Source of the DNA: Eledone cirrhosa
Taxonomy: Eukaryota
DNA: 64,000 nt
Assembly (NCBI GenBank): GCA_964016885.1
Contig: OZ024740.1
Coordinates: 430,404,001-430,468,000, forward strand
Reading direction: 5' to 3'
The position numbers and the translations under genes are program-made. Below are positions 1 to 12,036 of this stretch, in pieces; within the stretch, counting starts at the first letter, position 1, and each line of letters opens with the position of its first letter. The notes under the pieces are model-generated. The model was not told the origin of the DNA. It searched no databases and saw only the letters and a program-made list of their open reading frames with translations.

Positions 1-755
1 TGGTGTGAAATACAAAACTGTTAAAGTGATAAAACAGATATAAATGGTGTGAAATACAAAACTGTTAAAGTGATAAAACAGATATAAATGGGGTAAAATA
101 CAAAACTGTTAGACTGATAAAACATATAAATGGTATGAAATACAAAACTGTTAAAGTGATATCATCATCATCATCATCATCTTCGTTTAACGTCCATATT
201 CCACGCTTTCATGGGTTTGGACGGGACTTTTCCCACTCGAGGCAAGAGTGGTTGTCTTGCTCGCATAGGACTGTCTGGCGGGATTTCTACGGCTGGATGC
301 CCTTCCTAATACCAACCACGTTTACAGTGTTATCAACCACGTTTACCGTGTTGCCTACACGGCCACATTACAGCGTGGAATGTGTGTTTTTTTGTTGTGA
401 CACCTACACGACCTCATTTGTTTCGGGCTGGATGTTGTGATACCAACATAACTTTACATTGAAAGGGGTGGTGTGGATGGGGTGGGGGTAGTGGGACGGG
501 AGTGTATTTTGTTAGAGGTGCCTACTGACTGTAGTAGGTTTCACTTTGTACTTAGGTAAGGCGGGTCTTCTCTATTACTGTGTAGCGCCAAAGATCTCGG
601 TCCAGTGACATTGTCTTGGAGAGGTGTAAGTGTGTGAGGTCGGAATTAAATGGTGTGAAATACAAAACTATTAAAGCGATAAAACAGATATAAATGGAGT
701 GAAATACAAAACTGCTAGACTGATAAAACAGATATAAATAAAGTGAAATACAAAG
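1..755. repeat. ~44-bp minisatellite interrupted by an RTE 3' fragment
   Basis: Unit tggtgtgaaatacaaaactgttaaagtgataaaacagatataaa at 1-160 and again at ~648-755. Confidence 0.9.
161..647 (-). mobile_element. 5'-truncated RTE-clade LINE (C-terminus and 3' UTR, (ATC)n tail)
   Basis: Encodes DLTHLHLSKTMSLDRDLWRYTVIEKTRLT, nearly identical to the copies at 61-64 kb. Confidence 0.9.
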
Positions 756-1090
756 CAATTTTATTTGTAACAGAAATTAAATAAGGTTTACTGAAACTAG
801 ATATAACTTCATGAAGAAGAATTCTGGGGCATTTACAGCTAGTATACTTTTCAACCTGGGAAAATATATGTGTGTTTGTGATGGATGTGTTTGTGTGTAT
901 TTATGTGTATGTATGTTTGTGTGTGTGTTTATATATATATATAGAGAGAGAGAGTGTCTGTGGTACTCAAAACATGGGGGATGTAGAGTGGATATAGAGA
1001 CAAGTAAAATCCCAACTGCGGCACCAAGCAGTTTCGGGATTTTACATATCTATATACATATGTATATATGTATATATATATATATATATC

Positions 1091-1284
1091 AATAATATTA
1101 ATAAATGGAAACTATCTTTATAAAACCATATTTATTTTATTATATATATTTCAAGGGTACCAACATTTTTGGTATGCTCTCATCAGATAAAATATAAAAG
1201 TTGTTTTACAGATAGTAACATATTCAAAACAAGAACTTATCGTTTTAAGTTCTGTTTGAATAGTTTCCATTTATTAATATTATT
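1091..1284. mobile_element. Small fold-back element with a minus-strand hammerhead-like motif (1133-1195)
   Basis: 25-bp inverted ends aataatattaataaatggaaactat; same family as 26701-27463; minus strand reads tattttat-CTGATGA-stemII-GAAA-tatata-TA-ataaaata. Confidence 0.65.
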
Positions 1285-1376
1285 GATATTTTACTCCCAA
1301 AGAAAAATCTGTAGAGTGCTTTGAATTTGTTATAAACTAAATTTGTTGAATAACCAACAAATTAAATAACTCATTG

Positions 1377-1419
<43 letters not shown>

Positions 1420-1804
1420 ACTCCAAGATTAACCTGCATAGAAATTCCTGAACTCATAAACTCTCCACCTAGGGAAACCTCCTGTTGAGTCAAACAACGC
1501 CGTACGCTAAAACTATCCACAATATGGAGCATTCACAACCTCTAACTGGATTACCTATAACGATAATTTGTTATCCCATATATATATATAAAATATATGT
1601 AAATATTCTATAGCTGTTGATCGCGAATAGATGGCTGTCGTTTATTTATCTATTATTTCTTCATAGGTGCCTTTTAATCTTATAGCCTAGTTTAATTGGT
1701 TTTTTATGTGGTTGATTATGCTAATTGGGAGAGGAAATGGTGGATATATCTTATCAAATGATTCTCTGGACATACTTTATAGTATATATATATATATATA
1801 TATA

Positions 1805-2149
1805 TAAATGTAATCTGAGTTTTTCAAATATTAATAATAACATTTGATTCATTTGAAATTTTGCAAACAAACCTCAATTTTATAGCCATGTCAGTAGAAT
1901 GAACACTTCATTCTTGCTCTTGTGTTGGCATGAGAATTAGCTCTGACAGTTTTGCAGGTGAACAGTGAGCTGTACTGATGAAGGGTGATACCCAGAAACA
2001 TTAGTGTCTGCAGTTCTGTTCGCATGCCAACACAAGAACAAGAATGAAGTGTTCATTCTACTGACATGGCTATAAAATTGAGGCTTGTTTGCAAAATTGC
2101 AAACGAATCGAATGTTATTATTAATATTCGAAAAACTCAGATTACATTT
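1805..2149. mobile_element. Fold-back element (~130-bp arms), probably Penelope-derived, with a hammerhead in the loop
   Basis: 1805-1935 is the imperfect reverse complement of 2017-2149; flanked by TA-rich runs. Confidence 0.8.
1960..2021 (+). ncRNA. Type I hammerhead ribozyme
   Basis: gaaca-gt-gagctgta CTGATGA a-gggt-gat-accc-a GAAA ca-ttag-tg TC tgcagttc-tgttc: core intact, helices I-III pair, GUC cleavage site at 2008. Confidence 0.8.
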
Positions 2150-2258
2150 ATTGTATTCAGCCATGTAGAGCGAAATTTTCTTTTTTATATATATATAAAG
2201 TGTTTCTGTAGGAAAGGTAAAGGAAACGAGAGTGCTCTATGTAGGCTACAGAGCTATT

Positions 2259-2356
2259 TAGTTATGTAATAAACAACATAAGACAATTATTCCATTTACC
2301 AAAGGTTTCATTTTGGTAAATGGAATAATTGTCTTATGTTGTTTATTACATAACTA
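2259..2356. repeat. Perfect ~45-bp-arm palindrome with 8-nt loop
   Basis: tagttatgtaataaacaacataagacaattattccatttaccaaa-ggtttcat-reverse complement. Confidence 0.9.
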
Positions 2357-2519
2357 TATATATATGTGTGTATGTGTGTATGTGTGCATGTGTATGTGTA
2401 TGTATATGTGTGTGGGTGTATGTATGGATGGATGTATTTGTATGTGTTTCTGTGTGTGAGAGTAAAAGAAAAAGTTTTTTTTTTAATCTTTCTAAATTCA
2501 AAACCCTTTATCAACCCAC

Positions 2520-2648
2520 CTGCTCTATTTTCTGTGCCTGTTCCGGAGGAGAAGGATCATCTCCCTCGAGAAACCGAGTAAATTTGTTGTCATCTCTCTC
2601 CACCACACTCTTTGACATTTTCTTACATCTCGTTTCCCACTCTTCAAA
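2520..2648 (-). CDS. CCDC146: CCDC146-like exon 16 (FEEWETRCKK...TRFLEGDDPSPPEQAQKIEQ); gene continues beyond window start
   Basis: attag acceptor, CAG|GTGGG donor, 129 nt phase 0-0; RFL.G.D motif. Confidence 0.85.
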
Positions 2649-2650
2649 CT

Positions 2651-5600
2651 AATAATAATAATGATTTCATTTATTAGCCACAAGGGCCGACATGTAGGGG
2701 ACAATACAAAGACAGGGACAGTGGGGGTTACAATAGGGTCGAGTAAAAATACACAATGGCAAGACTAATTTAACAATGAAAATATAAAAATATAAAATAA
2801 ACAATGCATAAATATAACAAAATAAATTCCCCGATAGGGGGTGGACGACCCTGGGGTGACTCGAGTACCCCACCAATCCTGAACCACCCTGCGCTTCTAG
2901 GGCACCCAGGGAGAGCACCCCTCTCCTCAAGTTAGCTAGCCTATAGGCGCATGGTCAGAGTAGGCCCATTCACCCACCTTTTAGCAAATGTACTGGGGGG
3001 GGGGCAGCACTTCTCTCTCCACCCTCACCTTCCTTTCCAAGTGAAACTTGAAGAAGTTGATGAGGGATTGGCCGAAGAGAAAAGTCTTCAGTCCTTTTAA
3101 CCTGGTCCACCATATAACCTCTTTCACAACTGTCACCAGACAGAGGAAAATTGCCTGCTCTTCCTGACCTAAGGAAGGCGGTGGATCGATCTTCACTATG
3201 GACTCGGCCGAGAGCCGGATTCGTTCCACACGCGACAGTAGCTGTTCGACATAACTCCACAAGTCAGTAATGCACAGACATTGGACAAGTGCGTGCAGAA
3301 CAGTTTCGTCGTTCTGTGCGCATCTTGGGCAGGTCCATCTGACAGCACTTCCGTGCCTGTAGAGTTTATCCCGAACCGGCAGTGCCCCCCCCCCCCCCCC
3401 CCGGTAGCACTGCCAAGCGTGGGATTTCTGGAAATGGTCCATCGTCCCCGGCTCAAAAGTCCTCCAGTACAGACTGGTCAGTTCGACTTCGTCGAGGCCC
3501 AAAGCTTCTCCGAGTGCGTCATCGCACTTGCCCACCACTAATCCTCTATAGAACTCGAGAGTGGAAGTTCCACTGATCGCATTGCCCGCTTGGTAGAGGG
3601 GAGTGAGTTCCTGGCAACATTCCAGGTGCCAGTCACCCAGTCTCAGTCTCTTCTTGACCTAGGAATGCAGCTCAGTCAAAGAAATGAGCTGCGGAAAGGC
3701 CCGTCTGATAAACGGCGACCACACCTGTTCACCATTGAGGCAGAATATCTGGAGATGTCGCAGCCTCAACGCATGTCTGCGCATCATTAGCCACGGCATG
3801 CCCAGCCCTCCGCGTAGAGGGTGCTGGCAGCAGATGGACCGCTTCACCAACGGAACTTGTCCCCTCCACAAGAATTTGAAGAGGAGCCGTTCCAACTTGA
3901 TAAGGTGCGGACGGGGGCACCACGATGGTCAGGCAGTAGTAGATGACGGACGCAATGTACGCATTCACCACCTCCGCACGACCTTTCAGTGATAGCTTCC
4001 TCCCACCCCATTTTTGGGTGAGACTGGCTACTCTGCTCGTTACCTCGTCCCAATACTTTTCCACCTGGAGGTCTGGTCCGAACCAAACCCCGAGCAACTT
4101 TACCGGTCCGTCTGTCCAGTGCCCCACAACGCTGTTGGACGGCATGGGCTTGCCTCTCCAGGTTCCGAGCTGCAAGCCCACCGACTTTTCCGGGTTAAGT
4201 TTGGCTCCTGTCAACCTTTCATATTCCTTCAATAAGGTGCCGACCACCTCGATTTCTGAGGTGTTCGACACCATCACGGTGATGTCGTCCGCATAAGCCG
4301 ACACCGCCTTTCCACGTCCCGGTTCGAGTGGGATGCCCTGCAACAGCTCCAGCTTCCGCAGTAAGGGCTCGAGAGTCAATACGTACAGAAAGGAAGAGAG
4401 AGGGCACCCTTGACGGACAGATCGGGAGAGCCGAAATGGTTCCGAGAGGTGGCCATTAACCTTGACCACCAAGTGTGTGCCACTGTGCATTGCAGCGATC
4501 CAGCTTCTGAAGTTAGGGCCGAAGCCAGCTGCTTTGAGGACAAACTCCAGATACCGATGGTCGACCCTATCGAATGCTTTCAATTGATCTAAATTGATCA
4601 GTGCCCCACCAAAGCCAGGTTTACACCCAACCCTCTCTATGATGTATCGCACGAAGTGGAGATTGTCGCGTATGGACCTGGCTGGGATTGTGCAAGTTTG
4701 CGCCTCCCCAACCAAATCCTCGACAACAAGCGCCAATCTCTTTGCTAACACCTTGGCCAAAATCTTAAACTCTGTGTTGAGCAGAGTTATGGGCCTGAAG
4801 TTGTCTAATGAATCCCTCTTGTTCTCGTCTTTCCTTATCAGCATCACCACTCCCCGGCTCACAGAACTGGGAATACTCCCATTCTGCTGCCAATTGCAGT
4901 AGAGTGCTTCGAGGAGATCGGAGAACAAGTCTGGCATATTTATGTAAAGCTTGTAGGGCAGGCCATCCAAACCTGGTGACTTGCACCTCATGCAGCCGAC
5001 AAGGGCATCCTGAATTTCGGCTGAAGTAATCGGCCTTTCGCAGCACTCAGCATCGACTGTCGAGATGCGCAGCAAGCCGTCAAGGTAGGGACTGAAATAC
5101 ACTACTCTCTCTGACTCGCCACTCTCCCCGAACAACCGAGCAAAGTGTGGTGAAAGGCCTCACACATCCGCTTGGAATCGCTTAACTCGTGTCCGTCTCG
5201 GTCCGCCAAAGACCGAATTGTGGTTTTATTACCACGCTGCGCCTCCACCACGTGGGCCCATCGAACAGCTTTGGCTCCCTCGTTTCTTAGCGCACGCGCC
5301 TTAGCTCTGACAATGCAATCTTCGTGTTTCGCATTGAAGAAATGGTCTAATGCCATTCTCGCCGCTAGCACGTCAGTTGCGATGCCACTACAAATAGCCT
5401 CGTCTAACTTATCTACCAGCTCCCCCTCCTTTCTATTTTTCTCTAACGCTAGTTCTTTGCTGAACTCTATCGAAGTTACTCTAATCTCTCTTTTGAGAGC
5501 CCCCCATCATCTGTTGTTGATGATCCCCCCTGTCAACTTTTGCTTAACTAAATTGTTGACTCGGTCCCTGTAAGCCTTACGTGCCGGAAATGACATGTTC

Positions 5601-6465
5601 AGCTTCCAGTAACCCGGTCCTAACCTACGCGTTTTATCTAGGTCGACCGTACAGATCACAAATTTGTGATCTGAATAGGCGACCGTTTTAAAAAGTGGGC
5701 AGCCCACACTATTTCTATCTATTTTCATAATGAAGATCCTGTCTTTATACGATCTAGATGACCCCGTTCGGTTGGTCCATGTCCATACTGGCACATTGGG
5801 GAAATCTAGTCGATACCTGTCAGACAGTTGGAACTGGCTGAGTAGGTGCTCGAGGCTTTTGCACCCCCCGCTCCTATCAGCTACTCCCACACAATCCCAG
5901 CGTGCGTTTAAGATGCCATTCCAGTCCCCAGCTAACAGTAAAGGGCGAGACGTACCCAGAAAGGTCGCCAGGCGCCTAAAGAAGTCCGGTCGTCCGGCCC
6001 CTGTAGGGGCGTAGACAGCCAGCAGTCTAAAGGCACCACCTTCGCTACTGCTCACATCCAAGACCACCAACTTACCATCCGGGTCCCGGAAGATCGACCT
6101 TACCTCGAGATCCAGTCCTTTCCTAAACAGCACTGCCACCCCACCCCCCATTCCCGGCCTGCTAACAGATGCGAAGATCTGATAGTCGTCGAAAATGGGG
6201 GCTAGTGCGCGCATGTCGGAAATTCTGGTCTCGCTGATGGCAATCACATCCATTTCCAGCGACCTGAGGTCATTGAGCAGGCGACCCTGCTTCCAGGGTG
6301 ACCCCAGGCCGCGAACATTTAAACTTCCTACTCTTAATATGGCCATGTTGGTAAGCTAAGAGAGAGAGGGAAGGTTTACTTACCTCCCGGGGTCTTGTGA
6401 AGGTCGGGTGGTTCGACCTCCATGGTTGGTGGGGTTTCTTTTGGGAACCCCTTTAAAAGTCTCAA
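2651..6465 (-). mobile_element. L1-group Tx1-like LINE; ORF2 near full length but disrupted
   Basis: APE endonuclease (SLNVRGL, GDWN, SDH; 5507-6346), RT (SPGLDG, RQGCPLS, YADD; 3729-5135), C-terminal CPRC..E...H...C (2981-3538); in-frame TGA and frameshifts; (AAT)n on both flanks. Confidence 0.92.
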
Positions 6466-7325
6466 ATAATAATAATAATAACAATAATAATAACATTAAT
6501 GATTTCTACTATAGGCACATATGAAGGCACATGGCTTAGTGGTTAGAGCATTGGGCTTGCAATCGAAAGGTTGTGAGTTCAATTCTCAGACCGGGTGATG
6601 TGTTGTTTCCTTGAGCAAGACACTTTATTTCACGTTGCTCCAGTTTACTCAGCTGTAGAAATGAGATGATAGGGAGTGGGGTCCCTATCATTAAATTACC
6701 CAAGACACCTCCAACGAGATATACCTTGGAGGAGGCCAGCTAAACCTGCAGAGGTGTGAGCTGCCACACACTCACACTATAGGCACAAGGCCAACAATTT
6801 TTGGGGGAGGAGAAAGTCGATTAAACTGACCCCAGTGCATTACTGGTACTTTATTTTATCAACCTCGTAAGGATTAAAGGCAAAGTTAACCTCGACAGGA
6901 TTTGAACTCAGAACGTAAAGGGACGTAAAATTCTATTTTCAAATTGTTTAAATAATAGACAATGTGTTTCATTAGAAATATATCATCATCATCATCAACA
7001 TCACTGTCATTACCATCATCATCACTGTCATTATCATCATCATCACTATCATCACCATCATCATCATTGTTTATGTATCTACTTTTCCATGTTAGCATGG
7101 GTTGGACAGGACATTTTGAGGCAGATGTTGCTTTTACAGCCAGATGTACCTCTGATGCCAACCCCTTTATCCACCCCTTACAACCAGAGGGAAACAGTGT
7201 ACTTATTGTAAAATCTGGGATATACACAGTATATTAACAAATATATCTAACCCATGTTAGTGGATGCTAAATGGTGATGATGATATCAAGAATAATTAAT
7301 ACAGTAAACAAAGAAGCAGAGTCTA

Positions 7326-7520
7326 CACTGTAACATGGTTGTGCTGGTGACTACAAAAAGGTACCCAGTCCTCACTGTAACATGGTTGTGCTGGTGACTA
7401 CAAAAAGATACCCAGTCCTCACTGTAACATGGTTGTGCTGGTGACTACAAAAAGATACCCAGTCCTCACTGTAACATGGTTGTGCTGGTGACTACAAAAA
7501 GATACCCAGTCCTCACTGTA
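7326..7520. repeat. 47-bp tandem repeat, ~4 copies
   Basis: Unit cactgtaacatggttgtgctggtgactacaaaaagatacccagtcct. Confidence 0.9.
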
Positions 7521-8017
7521 AGGTGGTTAGTGTTAGAAAGAGTATCCAGCTGTAGAAACCAAGCCCAAATACAGATCTGTATGAGCAAGACATGGTCTCC
7601 TGGCCTAAATTATCTCATAATGTGGAAACCCATCTTACCCATGCAAACATGGGAAATGGAAATGAAACAATGATGAAGGTGGTGATGATGATGCTTCATG
7701 TGGAACTAGGGAGCCAAAAGTGCAGGGGCAGTCTTGCTAGAAGCAAGGAGCCAGTGGCATCATATTAGAACTGCGGACCATGTGTCTCTCTTTTGGTCTT
7801 TGAGCAGCAATAGAGTGTGGCCTCTTGTAATGACTGGTGTGAGCTTTGCTATGTTCTCTGACACGAAACAGGTGAACATCACTCAAGGAGATTCAGTCCG
7901 GACATGAGTGGAGATGCAAAGGTAGGTCTCTTCACTTCTTACAACATATCAAATTAAATTTCTATGACTAATATAACAAAAGCAAAACTTTCATTTATAA
8001 TTAAGAAATATGTTTAC

Positions 8018-8181
8018 ATCAAGTTTAACAATTCTGAGTTGTTCCTTGAGAGGGTTCCTCTCTGGAAGTTGCCTGTTTAAAACATTGATCTCTCGCAGCA
8101 ATGAAGTCTTTTCAAGATTCAAGATTTTAAATTCCTGATCAAAGTTTTCAATTTCTGTATTTCCTTTTGTAATCATTTCAT
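8018..8181 (-). CDS. CCDC146: CCDC146-like exon 15 (EMITKGNTEIE...LRIVKLD)
   Basis: tttcag acceptor, GTAAAC donor, 164 nt, phase consistent. Confidence 0.85.
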
Positions 8182-9239
8182 CTGAAATGAAATTTAAAAC
8201 ATTAATATTTAGAAAATATAATTATTCAATATTAAAACACTGAAATGATTGTTTCTACTTTTAGCACAAGGCCAGCAATAACTCAGTGCATTACTGATAC
8301 TTTATTTTATCAACCCCGTAATGATGAAAAGCAAAGTTAACTCGGCAAGATTAGAACTCAGACCGTAAAGGGTCATAACTCTATGCTGCAAAGCATGGTG
8401 TCTGACACTCTAGCGATACTGCCAATCCACCACCAATAAAACACTAAAATAATAAACAAACAACTGTGAGTTAGTCAAATTCTATATTCTCTTATTTATA
8501 TTTAAAAAATTTCAGATATATGAAAAGAAATATCTACAGTTTGTTTAAAACAAATAGGTTTCCAAGACCATAATTAAATCAATATTTCTACAACTATAAT
8601 ATAATCAATATTTCTAAAACTTTGAGGTTATTTAAGAAGCCTGGTTGCTTTTTTGAGTGCTGGGTGCTTTTTTGCCGTGGCACCTCCACGACCACTTTGC
8701 AGTGGAATGATAGGGACCCCAGTCCCTATCATCTCATTTCTACAGCTGAGGAAACTGGAGCAATGTGAAATAAAGTGTCTTGCTCAAGGAAACACCACAT
8801 CACCCGGTCTGAGAATTGAACTCATAACCTTTTGATTGTAAGGCCAATGCTCTAACCACTAAGCCATGTACCTCCATATATATATATATATAATATGTAT
8901 GTGTATATATGGTCCAGTAACTCCTGATAGAGTCGTAGGGGCGCTGTATTGACATACAGTGTTTCTTGGGTATATTAAGCCTGGCGTCACCCCTCTCATG
9001 GCCTAAGTACAGCAGGCTTCTTCCAGAGAAAGATAGAAAGTGAGAGAGCAAATGAGAAAGAGATATAGAGGAAGAATCGACCCCAGTACTTGACTGGTAC
9101 TTTTTTTAACAACATCGAAAGGATGAAAGGTAAAGTTGACCTCAGTGTGACTTGAACTTGAGCCATAAAGCATTCTATCTGACGTTCTAATGACTCTGCC
9201 AACTCGCCACCTTATATATATACATACATATATATAGAC

Positions 9240-10138
9240 AGCTGTAGACAGCTTCTGCTACCTAGGTGACCGAATTAGCAGCGGGGGTGGGTGTTCAGAA
9301 AGTACAATAACTAGGGTAAGAACGGGATGGAAGAAGTTCAGGGAACTACTGCCACTGCTAGCTGCAAAAGGCTTCTCCCTCAAAATGAAAGGCAGACTGT
9401 ATGATGCGTGTATCCGAACAGCAATGTTACATGGTAGTGAGACCGGGGCACTGAAGGTGGAAGACTTACGTAGATTAGAGAGAAACAAAGCTTGCATGCT
9501 CCGATGGACGTGTAACAGTAATATACGCGAACGGCAAAGCATAAATGAATTGAGAGAGAGACTGAGCATAAGAGGAATCAAATGCTGTGTGCAGGAGAGG
9601 CGGTTGCGTTGGTATGGACATGTGATGCGTATGAAGGATGACAGCTGTACAAAAAGGTGCAGAGCACTAGAAATCAATGGAAACCGCAGAGTGGGGAGAC
9701 CCAAGAAGACCTGGGATGAGGTGATAAAAGTCGACCTTACCAAATTACACCTCTCAAAGGCGATGACACACGACCGTGACCTCTGGCGTCACGCAGTAAT
9801 ACAGAGTATCCGACCTCCCATAGGTACAAGCTGAAGCATATAGACAATATGCCCCCACACCCTCCCAATGCAAAGTGGTCGTGGAGGTGCCACGGCAAAA
9901 AAGCACCCAGCCCACACTGTAAAGTGGACGTGTAGGTGCCACGGAAAAAAAGCACCCAGCACTCACTGTAAATGAGGTTGGTGTTAGGAAGGGCAACCAG
10001 CTGTAGAAATCAAGCCAAAATCAGTTCCTGTATGAGCAAGGCATGGTCAGCCGACCAGACACTGCCCACAACAGGACAACCCGTCTAACCCATGCTAGCG
10101 TGGAAGAACGGACGTAAAACGGTGATGATGATGATGAT
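9240..10138 (+). mobile_element. 5'-truncated RTE LINE with 3' UTR and (GAT)n tail
   Basis: MLHGSET...RRLRWYGHV...GRPKKTW (ORF 9385..9834). Confidence 0.9.
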
Positions 10139-10149
10139 ATATTTTGTAT

Positions 10150-10585
10150 TAGAATTGGTGCTCTGAAATAGTGATCTATACATGAATGTATGTATAGTAT
10201 ATTTGGCAATATACCGTATGTTTAATTAAAAAGATTTAGAAGACCATACGCTATCAGTTTTAAAGTAGTGACTATGTCACTTACTTCTTTTCGGCAAAAG
10301 AAGGGAGAGAAGCTGACAGTCTGTTTCTCGCTGGTTGGCGATCATAAGAGCCACGCACCCCCTGCTTCTGCCGAAAATTAAAGAAGCTGGATTCTTATAG
10401 AATTCCAGTAATAATCAGGAGCTGATTATACAGAGCAATTGCCTGTCCAGCAAAAACTAGGAATTAGGATTGGTGCTCTGAAATAGCGATATATAATATA
10501 ATATAATATGTATGTATAGTATATTTGGCAATATACCGTATATTGTCAAATATACTATACATACATATTATATTATATTATATAT
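10150..10585. mobile_element. Penelope-like relic: direct repeat, terminal hairpin and degenerate hammerhead (10311-10352, minus)
   Basis: attggtgctctgaaatag... repeated at ~10154 and ~10469; hairpin 10495-10585; minus strand ggct-CTTATGA-tcgc.caacca.gcga-GAAA-cagactg-TC-agct. Confidence 0.55.
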
Positions 10586-10597
10586 ACCATGATACGT

Positions 10598-10937
10598 GGA
10601 GGCACATGGCTTAGTGGTTAGAGCATTGGCCTTGCAATCAAAAGGTTGTGAGTTCAATTCTCAGACCGGGTGATGTGTTGTTTCCTTGAGCAAGACACTT
10701 TATTTCACATTGCTCCAGTTTACTCAGCTGTAGAAATGAGATGATAGGGACTGGGGTCCATATCATTCCACTGCAAAGTGGTCGTGGAGGTGCCACGGCA
10801 AAAAAGCACCCAGTACTCACTGTAAATGAGGTTGGTGTTAGGAAGGGCATCCAGCTGTAGAAATCAAGCCAAAATCAGTTCCCGTCCTACCCTTGCAAGC
10901 AGGGTAAAGCGGACGTAAAATGAAATGATGATGATGA
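10598..10937 (+). mobile_element. tRNA-headed SINE with RTE-derived 3' tail (related copies ~6524-6690 +, 8655-8877 -, 59060-59389 -)
   Basis: A/B-box-like tggcttagtggtt...gagttcaatt; the 3' part is shared with the RTE 3' UTR and ends in (GAT)n. Confidence 0.8.
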
Positions 10938-11006
10938 TATACCATATATGAACTACCATTTCTTGTGAGTAAATGCTAAAAGTTAATAAAAAATATTCTT
11001 ACTTAC

Positions 11007-11071
11007 TTTGAACATTGAATTTTTCATAAAATAAACAAACTTCTGAGTTTATTTTGATTAACCATTCTCCC
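11007..11071 (-). CDS. CCDC146: CCDC146-like exon 14 (GEWLIKINSEVCLFYEKFNVQ)
   Basis: ttccag acceptor, GTAAGT donor, 65 nt; EVC.FYEK.N.Q motif. Confidence 0.9.
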
Positions 11072-11442
11072 CTGGAATGAAGAAGACATTTTATAATAAT
11101 AATTGTTTCTATTTTTGGCACAAGGCCAGCAATTACCCAGTGTATTACTGGTACTTTATTTTATCGACCCAGTAAGGATGAAAGACAAAGTTAACCTCGG
11201 CGGGATTTGAACTCAGAATGGCAAGGGCCGTAACTCTATGGGTCAAAGCATGGTGTCCAACCCTCTACCGATTCTACCAATCCGCCGCCATTTTATAATA
11301 ATAATAATAATAATATTCCCCATCTTCATTATTTATTTTATTTTATTTCTGTAAATCAAAAGAACAACAAAATAAGATTATATCAACATTTCTAGAGTTA
11401 CCTGTTGTATAACATTACAGGAGCTGATCTGAATATATATTA

Positions 11443-11893
11443 CTAGCAGATGTACCCGGCGCTGCTCGGGAAATGAATGACAGCCTGTTTGTCCGTATAA
11501 AGAGAGCCAAAGGTTGAGCAAAGAATTGAAATGTAATTGTAAAACAAAGTTTAACAAAATGGGTGTACAGTGACATGATTGAGTGGAATAAACGGCAACA
11601 TAAAAACAATTCATGGGGTAGCTTGAGTTAATTGACGTGAATGATTTCAGGTCCGGCCTTGCTGTAGTAGGTATGAGTAAGGGGATAAAGATGGAATAGA
11701 CGCACCGTATGTCCTTCAGTAGACTAAACTCTATGCGTAAGATGGCGCTGCCACTACCACGTTGACCATCAACTGGACATAGAAATATCATTCCTTGAAG
11801 CAAATCTGCCTAGTACTTCAAAAGTTAAAAGGAGCCTAGTATTTGTACACAGACAGACACACACACAGACCGACTTGCTTTTATATATATAGA
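11443..11893 (-). mobile_element. Non-autonomous Helitron
   Basis: Minus strand starts TC (TCTATATATATAAAAG), ends with a GC hairpin cccgagcagcgccggg then CTAG, inserted between A and T with no TSD. Confidence 0.8.
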
Positions 11894-12036
11894 TTGTCAG
11901 TCCAACTACTAAGTCATGTGACTTCACAACAACCACAACAATAACTACAATAACAGCAACAACAACAACAACAGCAATGATAATAATAACAACAATAACA
12001 ACAACCACAACAACAACAAGAACCACAACAACCTAC

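Noticed and set aside
792-855. Possible next CCDC146 exon (cccag|VEKYTSCKCPRILLHEVISSF|gtaaac, minus)
   Set aside because: Splice sites are plausible but the peptide is not coiled-coil-like and does not match the expected continuation; needs RNA-seq.
811-2652. Short CV/YI-rich ORFs
   Set aside because: Translations of (TG)n and (TA)n microsatellites.
6524-6600. tRNA-like sequences (also ~8810-8877, 10598-10670, 59320-59389)
   Set aside because: Each continues into a SINE body; these are SINE heads, not tRNA genes.
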